Source: a virus. Taken from it: DNA of 64,000 bases. Below, one piece after another: positions 11,801-21,800 of this stretch. The DNA is taken from positions 39,354 through 103,353 of IMG/VR virus record IMGVR_UViG_3300032291_001296. One strand, given 5' to 3'. Made by a program: the position numbers and the translations under genes. The notes under the pieces are model-generated. The model saw only the letters and a program-made list of their open reading frames with translations. It was not told the DNA's origin and made no database searches. Numbering within the stretch: the stretch's first letter is position 1; each line of letters begins with the position of its first letter.

Positions 11801-14800
11801 CAAGTTGTGGTTGACCAAATGAAGCAGAGAAATCTTGCATATCATCTGCAGTTAACTCCACTTTAGATAATTGATCAGCAGACCATTCTTTATATTGTTG
11901 TTTTAATGATTCTTGTTCTTCAGTTAATGAACCATCTTCAGTTTCTTTTCTAAACATAGAATAAGTCTCACCATCATATGTAGCTGTAAGATCTGTGTTT
12001 GGAAATACTTGATAGATAGCATTGTTGATTTTATCTTCATCATTAAGAATAGGTTGACCATTTTGATCTACTACAGAGAAAGATCCATCTAGGTTATCTT
12101 GTACTACAACCATGTAGATGATTTCAGCTTTAGCTCTTTCTTTTCTTTCTCCCTCTGCCATATCTTGAAGGAAGTTTTCTGTAAGCCCAGGAAGAATATC
12201 ATCTTCAGTTTTAGTTGTAACAATCATTCCTTTAAGTTGATTCTTATTAGGGAATGTTTCTAACTTATTACCAAAGAAGTTTACTCTCTGTTGATGAGGA
12301 ACTAAATCATTAGTTGGTTTTGTTCCACCTACTACTGAAAAGTTATCTTTCTTAGCCATAGGCTCATAAGATTCTTTACCAAAGAAGTTTTGAATAGCAG
12401 TGGTAAGTGTACCAAGAAGATTCTTTTTCAACGTTTCATTATCACGCATTCTCTTCTCTTCAGCTTCTCTAGCTTTCTCATCTTCAGCAAATTGTTGGAA
12501 TGTATCCAATATCTTAGCTTTAGCCATTTGCTCAGCAATAAGATTGTCTAATCCAATTTTAAGATCTGCTATTTCTTTAACAAGACTTTCTGCTTGTTTA
12601 GAAAGCTCAGGAATCTTTAACTCATCTGCAAAGTCATTTATATCAGACTCTAGTTGTATAACCTTCTCTGTGAATCCTTGTCTATTTTCAATAAACATTC
12701 TTGCTCCTTCTTCTCCTAAGAATCTTTCTACATTAGCTTGTAGATCCTCAAGGAACAATGGAACATTAGGATTTTCTTCTTTTAATCTTTTAATATAGTC
12801 ATCAAATATAGATAATGCTTTTTGTAGCATATCATCTATTTGTTGCAATAACTTATCACTTGATTTGATAGACTCATTTGTTATATCAATAAAGTCTTCT
12901 AATGCATTGATGTCTTCTTTTAATTGTTTAATCATCTTCACACTATTCTGTGGAAGAGTCTCCATATTATCTAAGAATTCTTTAAAGAAAGGAAGTGTAG
13001 CTTCTAATTCTGCTTTCTCTTCTCTTAATGCAATGTTTTCTTTCTCAACTGTATCACGTAAGTTAGCCAGTGTATTAGTTAATTGTTTAAGAATAGTGGT
13101 AGGTCTTTTACGAACTTTACCTGCTTTAGTAAGACTTTCTTTAGCTATCTCAGCTTCTAAACGTTCTTGTTCTTTCTGAACAGCTTCTTTACTATTCTCT
13201 AACTTCTTATTGATTTCCTCAAGACGTTTAACAGTGTTCTCATATAAATCAGTGATGATTCTGTTTCTTGTTTGAAGCTTTTGTGATATGGTGGTTTCAG
13301 CACTAACAAACTCATCCATAGCTTTTTGCTGTACAGCAGTTAGATTACCAATAGGTCTGATACTAGCTCCAGAATATCCTTCTGCAGCAACAAACATTGT
13401 ATTCCAAACTTCTGTTCTTTGCACTTTACCATTCTCATCTACATATACAAATGTAAGTTTGTCTTTCTTATTGTTGTATTCTAACCTACCTTCAACTGGA
13501 TCACCATTTGATTTCTTAATATTATAGTTTCTGAATACAGTGTTCTGATGTTTCTCAAAGTAATTAAACTTCTTATCAGTCAACATCAAACTAGCTGGTG
13601 TTAAGCTATAACTTTCAAACTCTTCAGCAGATACATCTCTAACATTACCATTAGAAGCTTTAATCTTAATGGTACCATCTTCATTAATTCCTAATACAGT
13701 TAATCTAGGTTGACGATAAACTTCTTTACCACCTGCAGAATACTCAGTCACTTTACCAAGTACATACTCTGTACCTATCTCAATGTCTCTATTACCATTT
13801 TTAGTTTTAATTGTAATAGTTTCTTTAGGACCTTCATCAATTGTTTCTAACTCTACTGGTTGTTCTTTATAGTTTTCTGGATTCTTTTTAATCTCATCAT
13901 ACTCTTTTACAAACATTCCTCTCTTAAGAGTCATCAATGCTGAATCATCAAGAGCTTGAATTAAATCTTCTTTTTGATCACTAGTAAGTTTACTATCTGC
14001 TTTTATTTTAGCTAAAGCTTCTTCATAGCTTTCTTTCTTCCCTTCAGATATATCTGAAAGAATTTGATCTAAATTATCAACGTTACCAATAAGCTTCTCA
14101 GAAACTCTAGCAATTCGTTTATCATAGTCTGCAAGTTTAGTACCAGCATAGATTAATTTATCAATCACTGCAGGTGGATACATTTGTGAACCATCTTCAT
14201 TAACTTTACCTCCATAACGTAAGCTAAGAGATTGATACATTGTTTTTACATTGTTAGCTGTTTCTTCGAAGTTAGCTAACCTAGCCAAGTATGCTTCTTT
14301 TGTATCTGTAGCAAGAGCTTTACCTTCAGCTTGTAATTGAGAGAATCCTTCATCTGTACTAGCTAATGTTCTTTGATCATTTATATCAGCTCTAACAAGA
14401 TCAAATCTACCATATTTAATACGAGGTGTTAGGTAGTTGATAATGTAATCTGTTTCTTTATCTTTACTCTCAGTTAAGTTTCCTTGTTTTAAAAGTCTTT
14501 CTCTTTCTTCTTGAAGAGCGGTTCCTCTATTTACAGAATCAATAGTTTCTTTAGTGAAGTCTGAAAATCTGTATTGATTAAATTGCTCAACAGCTTTAGC
14601 TGTATTTGCAGCTTTTTCTTTGGCCTCCATATAATTACCTCTAGCCATCATTATAGATCCAGATAATCCACCAATAAGAACATTCTTAGCTCCTTCATCA
14701 GAAGTAAATCCTTCTTTTATACCAACACCTATAGACTCTAACCAATCAGTAGCTTTACCATCATATTTTTTATTATAATAGTCTTGTGTACCCATTTGGA

Positions 14801-16145
14801 CAGCATACTGAGCACCCTCTTCAAATCCTTCAGATGGAGAGAATAAATATGGTCTTACTTTATTTAATGTAGATAACACTTTATTCTTAGGAACTACTGC
14901 AGCATATTTACCAGCAGCATCTACTGGAATGTCTCCTATTTCTCTAGTAACATTGTTCATTATTCCTTTTTCAGCAGAATATGAACTTCCTAATATTTTA
15001 GGGAACTGAATGTAGTTAGTAGCACTTAATAAAGCAACGTTAGCTGCAAATGATGAGTTACCTACAGCATCAGCATCAGCATTAATCTTTTCAAGATCAG
15101 CACCTACTGGGTCTAATCCATTGTGATTATCTTTATACTCTTGTATTTTTTTATTTCTAAAATCATTAAGATTTGTATATGCTTCAAATCCTGCTTCACC
15201 ACTTGTAGATAAACCAGCAACAACAGCTCTATGTCCTTTCTCAAGAACATTATATTTTCTTAAGAAAGCATCATTTAATCCTTTTATTTCTTTGTATGCT
15301 GTAGAAGATGCATCAAGACCAATCATAGCTTCTTCTGATGCAGCTAATGCTTCAGCAGCTTGACCCATAGATAATAATCTAGCAGCACCTGGAAGTGCAG
15401 AAAGTCCTTTTAATGCAGCAGAATAAACTCCTCCTGTTAAATAAGCACCAGCAGCAAATCCCATATTCTTAACAACACCATCCCATAAGAAGTTACCTGT
15501 CATGAAATAATCAGGAGAATACCATTTACCATTCTTCTCTTTATCTGTATAATAGTTTGGAAGAATATCTTCTGCTTTTCTATTCATTTCATCTAACTGT
15601 CTGTTAAATTCATTATCATAGAATGATGCAAATCTACCATCTGCTCCCCATCTAGCTAATCCATTAACTAACCCAACTGTACCTTGTAAGAATGTTGTAC
15701 CTGTAAGTAAAAGTCCTTTACCTACACCATTAACCATTTTAGAAGGCCAACCTTGTCCTTGAGCATACGCATCCTCATTATTATAATCACCAGGAACAAA
15801 GTTATCATATCTGTTAGATGACACTTCATCAAGAGTTCTCATTACACTTCCTCCATCTTTAGTAGGAGTTGGTGTAAGTAAAAAGTTCTCTAATGATTTT
15901 AAATCACCAGTTTCACCATCTCCAGTAATAAGTGGTAGAGTATTTGGTGGAGTGTATACATTTGGTTTACCTGCATAATTAGGAAGTGGCTCTTGAGGTG
16001 TTGGAGCTTTATATCCACCAAAAGCATGTTCCATATACATTCTATCTAACATAGGAGTTTCTACATTCAATTGTGTAGGAACAGGGTTAACTGGTGCTGC
16101 ACCATTCTGAGCGATGTCAATTGATTCTAGATTTTTTTCTGACAT
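2853..16145 (-). CDS. Virion-associated DNA-dependent RNA polymerase polyprotein (crAss-like, phi14:2 gp66 type), 4430 aa
   Basis: Catalytic DxDxD motif in GYRIPTQKQNS...KKVGSDFDIDKL (about 5670-5700). Gly/Ala-rich hydrophobic N-terminal region, coiled coils, and a zincin-like AYHEVFEAVW...EQLAEEF. Its position in the virion module is typical of crAss-like phages. Confidence 0.9.
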   Translation of the reverse strand: MSEKNLESIDIAQNGAAPVNPVPTQLNVETPMLDRMYMEHAFGGYKAPTPQEPLPNYAGKPNVYTPPNTLPLITGDGETGDLKSLENFLLTPTPTKDGGSVMRTLDEVSSNRYDNFVPGDYNNEDAYAQGQGWPSKMVNGVGKGLLLTGTTFLQGTVGLVNGLARWGADGRFASFYDNEFNRQLDEMNRKAEDILPNYYTDKEKNGKWYSPDYFMTGNFLWDGVVKNMGFAAGAYLTGGVYSAALKGLSALPGAARLLSMGQAAEALAASEEAMIGLDASSTAYKEIKGLNDAFLRKYNVLEKGHRAVVAGLSTSGEAGFEAYTNLNDFRNKKIQEYKDNHNGLDPVGADLEKINADADAVGNSSFAANVALLSATNYIQFPKILGSSYSAEKGIMNNVTREIGDIPVDAAGKYAAVVPKNKVLSTLNKVRPYLFSPSEGFEEGAQYAVQMGTQDYYNKKYDGKATDWLESIGVGIKEGFTSDEGAKNVLIGGLSGSIMMARGNYMEAKEKAANTAKAVEQFNQYRFSDFTKETIDSVNRGTALQEERERLLKQGNLTESKDKETDYIINYLTPRIKYGRFDLVRADINDQRTLASTDEGFSQLQAEGKALATDTKEAYLARLANFEETANNVKTMYQSLSLRYGGKVNEDGSQMYPPAVIDKLIYAGTKLADYDKRIARVSEKLIGNVDNLDQILSDISEGKKESYEEALAKIKADSKLTSDQKEDLIQALDDSALMTLKRGMFVKEYDEIKKNPENYKEQPVELETIDEGPKETITIKTKNGNRDIEIGTEYVLGKVTEYSAGGKEVYRQPRLTVLGINEDGTIKIKASNGNVRDVSAEEFESYSLTPASLMLTDKKFNYFEKHQNTVFRNYNIKKSNGDPVEGRLEYNNKKDKLTFVYVDENGKVQRTEVWNTMFVAAEGYSGASIRPIGNLTAVQQKAMDEFVSAETTISQKLQTRNRIITDLYENTVKRLEEINKKLENSKEAVQKEQERLEAEIAKESLTKAGKVRKRPTTILKQLTNTLANLRDTVEKENIALREEKAELEATLPFFKEFLDNMETLPQNSVKMIKQLKEDINALEDFIDITNESIKSSDKLLQQIDDMLQKALSIFDDYIKRLKEENPNVPLFLEDLQANVERFLGEEGARMFIENRQGFTEKVIQLESDINDFADELKIPELSKQAESLVKEIADLKIGLDNLIAEQMAKAKILDTFQQFAEDEKAREAEEKRMRDNETLKKNLLGTLTTAIQNFFGKESYEPMAKKDNFSVVGGTKPTNDLVPHQQRVNFFGNKLETFPNKNQLKGMIVTTKTEDDILPGLTENFLQDMAEGERKERAKAEIIYMVVVQDNLDGSFSVVDQNGQPILNDEDKINNAIYQVFPNTDLTATYDGETYSMFRKETEDGSLTEEQESLKQQYKEWSADQLSKVELTADDMQDFSASFGQPQLVTYKDQAGNEVTNKAARTSAQAAGLVTQSGLRKSPVVEVATTGESVSEGSVTFATPTGRVFLRIPGRGLAKLFNRKFTDKEANTIFDVMHQITKNALRDGEINDSSKDLFNWLKSVVYWGIAKDQSGKRKPAGYNNIWFETVKDDNGEPVVKLFMSGLAKDSKEYFDFTPTSLQNNKDAIISLLKEMYNNTDSLRVNSDGWNNPYYEITGIDSEGNPINREWPNYQTYLLSDKAPDANGKLTIARDNKELPLATQFRPITESQPTNRDGIYFTLNSTGRTYVKPEPAVVAVQPVISQDKSTAKEEFAFDGITPNTINNPDLGDIVFTVDEEGNVGLDLEASEDAILELAKKKTAVGKSDEEAQNWAISNLIKAVENKINKPAATQTATEPAPVAPAPVAKPAAAVSDEVVNFDDATPNILETDYGTVMYFANEQGEVDINLDESADAIINLAEQKKVDHNKAANILIKAIEKKIAPQLVQQQVPNLPPVADPAPVVEEEVSDIEGKEEITPEQIEEDDDVTWNTPAKPKSKGSRKLYRLAITNKMDTIVPENWNKVGEFIKKVMPNVPIYRVKNIIQATNGREAWGMFHNAAIYVYENAEIGTAYHEVFEAVWKMFAGPEEKQAILDEFRKRKGSFIDRETGERVEYKYAIADQIKEQLAEEFRDAVLADKLGKPMASKGLIGRMFSELIDFIKGFFTGEKAQTNTKELFAKIGNGYYAQYNPFETKLSYANKGIQDIESAEGDETSEFRLKVKNIPATQLHDIIQHMTYSTLSYLSQTSQSLFEVEKPKKAQLYARLKQEILEDCVLELRDQLYAQVDDKTKTEKEITPEINALKDLFDNIKKDWPAIVEKHEEHLKSYAIEFDENDELNLNDEDNSGKSDYMDARKIDSFRKANRVVKLLLATLPKTKIVKGEIIPEISTVGGVVLMPADQAFVTLMNSLHDSVNVDEMFERLRAMAKANPNFEVLYRRLTGGSSIKEKINWDSLKQHDLQLMTAFWNAMKKQNADVVTVFILPSGEVVIGNSVLSGAARQAKREMINNIIEATRTDNNDYLFYNTKTQKYNPKTITKNIKFNSGQLDQYVAFLQGMGINFIIGDSKKPMTGDQIKNSLNPDQLRLFRKAVEGIQKSLAGLEDVATLSAKTLDIDKRLTQLGTIKAILENPDFESTYFNINGERTQSFIGTNAISSIHDVLSKLSNIRQLNDATKGFSSYSYLLTDVFAKDSSVMLNKMFDLAEDGDGGRIAGTEDLMKPVFIDGTVNEQTGNKKESSKLSAKQRFLQGINLNLGGIYENLVPGDASIEHAIKMHNEDDPFVTEEAFKNGKHLEIFRNYFMAEVALARDGRKVVGDRKSTDLRFFKSILGDKLHNQIMSKTNSKKSAEKLYEDNKKEINAAVNSFIAQDASTTDRVLREFGAVYTTAEGVETEGLSFSEDDVLSKEEYENKLKVLSTNYMIANIEMHKLVYSDPYQYNDELKRIKNFNSPRQALLYGSNKVNSALNEQYNKGFAPGDIGYTDMNVDHFVSTVIDDVFSTADFEEYMKAYEETDGGGLISLKATRVFLLRTGQWNDAKEKQYRYDIAYEKVVKGEGLTEEEKRNQGLVLTDEEKAFNIKKTTDSSGEVRYVGKNPNIRSLYTAIKPIVSGNKVDGQNYNDVVLDKFALVPLSFRIMHELNPDSNAIKMYNKMQRENADYAVYASGRKVGAGEATPLYLPSGEFNEASFKELNNIPFSIMGLQTEVPSKDNPVVTQGSQITKLVTMDFMDAGVPIDFEIKDKKGNVIEDINERFVAWGELKTEAEKEKASPLYKEIANNQRLLEAKIEEGYKTLLKKLGITQGVDENGKATFTILDKDKLIKTLSDEILKREVNDNITDALEGFKSGDVVLEATPAYQQIRNILYSIADKNIASQKITGGMKVQIPSTLLESNRIQGKEFKDKKGNVKYSYTSDILKFYKNADGERVCEIMISRWFDNAQTRNMSDKELLDYLNDTDEGKSILSGIGYRIPTQKQNSIDSFVIKQFLPKDFGDNVVVPSALVKKVGSDFDIDKLSIYLKNVYSDASGKLRMVPFLGYGQQAIDKFKAIAIENNNAEIYKQAKSVNSSKGTYEIFQNIIDSTADDYTRNKWLPIITDWFPEQVQDGQLDADEVQAQLIKTIQEKQGKLEKLTDEALTEVWAEQQAEVWYKQSLENAYIQSLQNLVSHESNFENLIKPNSADEMKNLSIEINEEMGNPEIDYGNVGNMLSRTFMSALRQAFVSGKYAIGIAATGQTNNADNQRVATYIDFDKLKDVDPVDREILGGNPLSNTFATDPNINFEEYNTIVVDGKIRPTLSLIKNKAGKYISDIIGQFIDGYVDISKGPWIMRLGATQNVASTWLFLIKVGVPVNTVAYFMNQPIIKDYLRSLDNNGYTWLFNDGIMNSTLEAYESSIPVKQRPTISGIPSEADLFKMLKYNKAGMKNEMDGIQKLQQQYILKEFIKYSKMASQLFDVVQGSNFDTAVINDPYIVFKKRLQLEKARKSIISSVDKLLSSSFKGVLKDTIFNVRDAFSEILISDKVNVRSVMEEVLTPYVKLSDREFVKVSQKAVNDLFDWAVQTDRNININVANILLGTSTKESAAQQIINFRDSILGNKHKGIAPKEDHPLFNNIILNSIKMEAGIKEGKADNLYIAGRDNKVYDQNLIIYGFEELKKYLDGEGKDLYGKLVRLAVIQSGLTNSPIAFTNLLPYKDFKEIYNQTLSNLENMPNLADFQKLRVFERNNWNNYTIIPFMKAKMLLNKSNYGRGANLYDPNQYFTPGQLKKAMNNGALPMVIGISPFGDGRNDFITYSWEDSIPYAERMKRKKNGDYSHIHKVLLQKVYTKDEKGNPIPLVDVTEKNGKVYVKHIFKAINAWGDSFRAQEYYDYERSSVLDNGYEKVEKATDAQGKQIKSGEVSDNDVVMIYQGISEVIVEPTETVSEKPDSVTQEEWDATTPEEKKTIKDQEDQGCNQ

Positions 16146-16164
16146 TATTATAGGTTTTAAATCC

Positions 16165-18753
16165 TTATTGTTGTAATTGTTTTAATTCTTCAAGAGTAGG
16201 TTTTCTATTATACAACATTTCAAATATTACTTCATCTGTTAGTCCTTTCATTGCAGAGTTTATTTTATTTTTTGCAACAAGTCCTCCTTTAGGATATGCA
16301 AGATTTTCTTGTATTATTTGTCCAGTGTATGGATCTGTAACATTAAGTCTTAATGATGACATTCCATTTTGATTAGTTACTACATTTCCTGAAACTCCAT
16401 AGTGACGAACATTTATAAAGTTTAATGCATTACCCATGAAAGCATTTGAAATGTTTGTTTTTTTACCATCAAGTGCAGTGGTAAATCCACCTGCTCTTTT
16501 TTGTTGTGCTTCTAAATCACGAATTGCTGCAATTTCTGGATCAGGATCAAACTTACCTTTAGTTACAGCATAATATTGTTCAGGAGTAATATTGAATTGT
16601 ACAGTGTTTCCTTTTTTATCTGCAGCTGTAATTTTATATCTTGCTGGAGCAAACTCAGTTGCTTCAATCACTCTTATGTTAGCATTCTGAATATCTGGTG
16701 CTATTGTTCTTAATTGTTCTGAAGTGGCACCTGGAGAAAGTGCTAATACTCCAGATTGACTATCTGCAAGATCTGCAAAGCTTTGAAGAACATTTCCAAA
16801 TGAAGTTTTCTGAGATTCATTATTTAATGTAATACCATACTCAACTCCTTGCATAGCTACCACTCTACCTTGAATTAATTTATTTTCTTCATTAACTCTT
16901 GCTTCTACAACTTTTTTATAAGGTTGATTTACCTTTTGATTATAGTTTTGTAGATTAGCAACTAATAACTTTTGTACATCAGTTTTTTGATTTTTATATG
17001 CTTGATATAAATAATAGTCTTTTGGAGAAAGTTCTGCTTTTGCTTTTGCATCATTGTATGTAATTCCTCCACCTCCACCTCCAGTACCACCTCCACTATA
17101 AACATTAACGTAGTCTTTAATTTTTTCATTAAATTCTACAAAGTCTTTAGGAGTGTAAGTAATAGTTGAATTAGGAAAAGTAACTTTAATTGGTTGACCA
17201 TCTTTTGGAATATACTTTTCAATAGATCCATATTTTTTATCCATCTCACTAGCAATTCCTGCAATCATTGCTTGATTAGCTGCAATGTCTCTTCGTTTTT
17301 CTTCTGTTTGTACAAAGTGAGCAGCTATAATAGGATCAACAGATGCTGGATTTTTTTGCCATGATAGTAGTTGCTGTCTTAACCAAGATGTATTTCCTTC
17401 TTTATCATAAGATGCCATTAATGCAGCATCACTTTTATCAATAGAAGATTTATCTTGTTCAATCTTAAAAGCAACTCTACTAGCTGTAACTTCAGGAAGT
17501 TCATTTTGAGGAACATCTACAGGAAGTCCTCCCCATGTAAATGCTTCAGCAGCTGCTTTATCTTGGTCTATTTTAAGTTTAGCTTTATCTATTTTTAGAT
17601 CTTCAGCTTTATAATAAAGGTCAGCTTGTTTAAATCTTTCATTTTGTTCAAATGTAGCTTTCCATTTATCATATTCAATCTGTTTAGTTTCTCTAAACTG
17701 TAAAGGTTGTTGAAATGCATTAGTTTCATAACTTGTAACATCTGATAAACTAGCAAATGTTTGAGAAAAGTTATTAATCCATTTAGTACTATAATATCTT
17801 GCCTTAGCAGATTCTGCATCACCTTGTTCAAATGTTTTAGCAACACTTGAATATTCTTCTTGTACTTCTCTTAATGACTTATCTAATGAATCAACTTGTT
17901 GTTGTAGTTTATATTTCTGAGGTGCAGAGTTAGTTGAATCAATAGCGTTCAATGTCTTTTCTCTTAAGCTTTTTAATCTTTCATAATCTGAAGTGTATGA
18001 TTTGTTTATATCGCTAACAAATTGTTCAGCATCAGAATTAGCGTAATTATATCTACCATCAATTTGCATTGATTGAAAATCATTAGGACTTAAACCAACC
18101 ATCAATGCTGATTTAATTCTCTCAGGAGTGATACCAGAAACTCTAGTACGTGTAATAGCATCTAAGACAATCATGTTACCATTCTTGTCATATTCAAATG
18201 CTACATCTCTACCAGTTTCATTCTTTACTAATCCTTTAATAACTTCTTCTGCATTCTTTTGATATGGAGAATATTGTTTGTATCCACCATTAAAAGTTTT
18301 ATTGATGTCTTGATTATTTAACCATTCACCAGCTTCTGTTCTAAATAACCAATCATGAGAAGCAGCTCCTTTACCTGCTTTGTTAGCAGCATCCATATCT
18401 TCTAATCCTTTTCTATAAGTCTTAGCAGATGTTATAGCATTTACAACATTAGGATCTCTAGCTATCTGATTAGTCATTCCGTTAACAGAGTTGACCAACT
18501 GAAAATTAGAAAAATCTCCAGCAGCCACTGTAGCAAGATTGTTACCAAGTTGATTAAGTTTAGATTGTAGATAGGCTTTATCTACATCTCTAATAACATC
18601 CAATCCAGCAATATTATCAATGTTAGTCTGTATTTTCTGTATCCCCTCATCATACTTCTGTTGTTTATATATACCAACCTTAACCATCTCATCAACTGGG
18701 ATAGTTTGTACATAGGGATTGAACTTAGGGACTGTGTCTGTGTATGAAGCCAT
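16165..18753 (-). CDS. Putative virion cargo/ejection protein, 862 aa
   Basis: Long helical/coiled-coil ORF next to the RNAP gene, starting MASYTDTVPKFNPYV. Assigned from gene order. Confidence 0.65.
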   Translation of the reverse strand: MASYTDTVPKFNPYVQTIPVDEMVKVGIYKQQKYDEGIQKIQTNIDNIAGLDVIRDVDKAYLQSKLNQLGNNLATVAAGDFSNFQLVNSVNGMTNQIARDPNVVNAITSAKTYRKGLEDMDAANKAGKGAASHDWLFRTEAGEWLNNQDINKTFNGGYKQYSPYQKNAEEVIKGLVKNETGRDVAFEYDKNGNMIVLDAITRTRVSGITPERIKSALMVGLSPNDFQSMQIDGRYNYANSDAEQFVSDINKSYTSDYERLKSLREKTLNAIDSTNSAPQKYKLQQQVDSLDKSLREVQEEYSSVAKTFEQGDAESAKARYYSTKWINNFSQTFASLSDVTSYETNAFQQPLQFRETKQIEYDKWKATFEQNERFKQADLYYKAEDLKIDKAKLKIDQDKAAAEAFTWGGLPVDVPQNELPEVTASRVAFKIEQDKSSIDKSDAALMASYDKEGNTSWLRQQLLSWQKNPASVDPIIAAHFVQTEEKRRDIAANQAMIAGIASEMDKKYGSIEKYIPKDGQPIKVTFPNSTITYTPKDFVEFNEKIKDYVNVYSGGGTGGGGGGITYNDAKAKAELSPKDYYLYQAYKNQKTDVQKLLVANLQNYNQKVNQPYKKVVEARVNEENKLIQGRVVAMQGVEYGITLNNESQKTSFGNVLQSFADLADSQSGVLALSPGATSEQLRTIAPDIQNANIRVIEATEFAPARYKITAADKKGNTVQFNITPEQYYAVTKGKFDPDPEIAAIRDLEAQQKRAGGFTTALDGKKTNISNAFMGNALNFINVRHYGVSGNVVTNQNGMSSLRLNVTDPYTGQIIQENLAYPKGGLVAKNKINSAMKGLTDEVIFEMLYNRKPTLEELKQLQQ

Positions 18754-18760
18754 AATTAAG

Positions 18761-18792
18761 CAAATGTAATATGAATTATTAAATTATCCAAA
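18761..18792 (-). promoter_or_regulatory. Bacteroidota sigma-A-type promoter
   Basis: Minus strand TTTG (18792-18789), 20 nt spacer, TACATTTG (18768-18761), just upstream of the ATG at 18753. Confidence 0.7.
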
Positions 18793-18832
18793 ATTAATAA
18801 TCAATTCTGGTAATTCTTTATAATTAGATTAG

Positions 18833-21800
18833 TTATAAATTTTTAAGTGCTCTTACAATAGAGCTATTTTTATTATTCTTTTTAGATACCTTTCCACCAT
18901 TTTTTGCAGCAATCATTCCTGAAGCAATTATACCTGGTGTTGCATATAGTGGAGATGTTGTTCCACCTGCTTCTTGCATTTTATAATATTTTAATTTACC
19001 ATCAGCATCATAAACAGGAACTTCTTCTATTGTAGACTTACCACCATATATCTGTGGAATAGCTGGTCTATACCCAGGACCTTGAGTATGTATACCGTAT
19101 GATTGATCATATCCAAATTTTGGAAATAAATTACTACTAGCTAAGTATTTATTTTTAGTAGACTCAAATTGTAAATACTTATCAGCAATAGAAGCAACAG
19201 CAGCCTGTTGAGTTTCTTTTGTTCTAGATTTAGCTAATGCTTGTTTATTCATTTGATCAGCATACAATTGTATATTTGCTAAACGTTCTTGATTAACTTT
19301 ATTTCTATTACCACCAAATATCTTATCTTCAATAGCTTGGTTAGTTCTAAACTCTTCAGCATTCACTGCATTGTTTGCTAGGTATTTCTTACCTAATAAT
19401 CCTGCCATTGCTGCTGGGTTATATCCAAGACTTCTTTCAGCATCTCTAAAGTCTGCTGTGTTTTGATCTCTTACATTCTGATAGCTTACACGATATATAG
19501 GATCTAGATCATATCTCATAGTTTGAACTGGTACAGGCTCTTCTTGATTTTGAGCTATAGACATATATTCTCCTGCAAGCTGACGTGGATCAAATTCAAA
19601 AGGAAATCTATTTCTATTTAATTGACTAAGCATACCAAATATATCTAATGCTGTGTTTCCCTTATAAGGAACTACACCTATTTGAGATTTGTTTGCATTA
19701 ATTCCTTTATTACCTGTTGCTGTACCTAGAGTATTTAATTTTAAATCTGGTGCATTTTTGAAATGACTTCTAACACTAGCCATATACTGATCTGTTCTAG
19801 GACCATGGTATTCATCTTCATTACTTTGTAATATTTTTGCTACATCCTTACCTTCTAGAATATCTTGTACAGTAAGACCCATTTCTTTTGCTTTATTACT
19901 AAGACCATTTTCTCTAGTGGTTTTTTGAATTGCAGCAAGAGCTTCTTGAGGAAATGATTGATGATATAATTTTTGAAAACCAAGGGTAGATTTATTTTTC
20001 TTACCTTTTGTAGCTTGACTTTCATTATATAACTTTATGAAGTTATTATATTGCTCTTCTGTAATACTACCATCTGCAGGAGTAACAGTTGCACTATTCT
20101 GAGCTTTTCTTAAATAAGCACCAGACTTACCAACATATGGATTTTCTATTTCAGCATCTTTAGTAATAGGATCATAGTCATCTACTATCTTACCCTTACC
20201 TAATTCTTCAGCACTAATATTTTTTCCTCTAAGATATGACGCTTCTTTTTTAACCTCTTGTGTAGCATTCTGTAAGTCAGCCATTTTCTTTATGTAGTTT
20301 GCAAATTGCTGTTGTGTATCATCTGCACCTTGTCCCATTGCTTGAGCAGTGTTCAATAATAGCTTACCCCATTTATTATTAGGATCTGCTTTTTCTGCTA
20401 GTTCAGCAGCTTTAAGTTTAGTCTTAGCTGCTTTGTTTTGTGGTGCAGCAAAGCTAGCTATTATCTTTTTATAAGTTTGACCATCTTTTTCTTTAGCAAG
20501 TTTTATAAGATCTGCATCTCCTGTAGCTTCTGCTACATGTTTACTAAATGGTATGTTACCAAATATTACAGCTTCTGTAGATGGTTTACCTGTTTTAGGA
20601 TCTACTGATCCACCACTAGCTAATTGTACAACAGGTTCTTTTGTTTCAGCTTCTACCTGTGCTTTCATATGTGCACCACTAGCAGCTTGTCCTTCATAGT
20701 CTCCTTCTTCATTACCACCATAGCTAATACCAACACCACCTTTATCATGAGGTTTACCATGTATCATTACTATCTCACCAGATTCTGGTAAATAAGGATT
20801 TTGAGCTATAGTTTCAAGATGTCCACCCCAATGAGTTTGAAGTTGTCCACCCATAGCATAAGAAGACATTTCTCCACCATTCTCATATGTTTCCATAGCT
20901 CTTGCACTAGGAGGAGTGTACTCTCTTAAGTGTCCACCAGCTCTTAGCATATCAGCATCATGAGGAGGTTTTAATAAGTCTTTCACTTTGTGTTCACCAA
21001 ATGTAGCAATCACTTGTGGTTGCCAATCATTACTTACCCATCCACTATCTAAGTTTGCTCCATTCTCACCAACATGCATTGCATTTAATCCACTAGCAAA
21101 ACGATTACCAGTACTTAATCTTGAAATATATGAATTGTTTGCACCTATTCTACTTTTTTGGAAAGCTTGCTTACCTGGTTCTTTATCAAAGTAACCACCA
21201 ATCATTGTACCAGCCAATGATCCTACTGGTCCAAATAAACTACCAAGAGAACCACCAATTTGACTTCCTGCATTATTTCCAAATTGTCCACCTATAAAAG
21301 AATCAAAAGGGCTACCTTGTCCCATGTTACCCATGAAGCTTGTATCACCACTTCCACTTAATCCAGAATTAGCTTGTCCCCACCATTGTCCAAATCCACC
21401 ACCATTTGCATATGCTTTAACTTCATTAGGATCTTCTAGATCTGTATATGCAGTGTAATCAGGAGCATAAGTATTTTGTATTTCTGTTGGATTACCACCA
21501 ACCTTTGCACCATTTTGTCCAAAAAATACATCTGTACCTCTTCCTTGAGTATAACTTAGTTCATTAGCATTTTTAATATTCCTTCTAGCATCTACTCTAT
21601 TATATGTATTTTTTGGTTTTTCAGCAAATGCATCTGATACAGCAGCATCTTTAATCTTATCACTAACGTTAGCCCAAGTTTCTAATTTTCCAGTTAATTC
21701 TTTTTCTGCACTAAGATTTTGTAATCCTTTAACTGTACCAAAAAATACATTTCCAAAACCTTGTGTATTAAATCCTTGACCTTTATTTTGAGAAGCCCCA

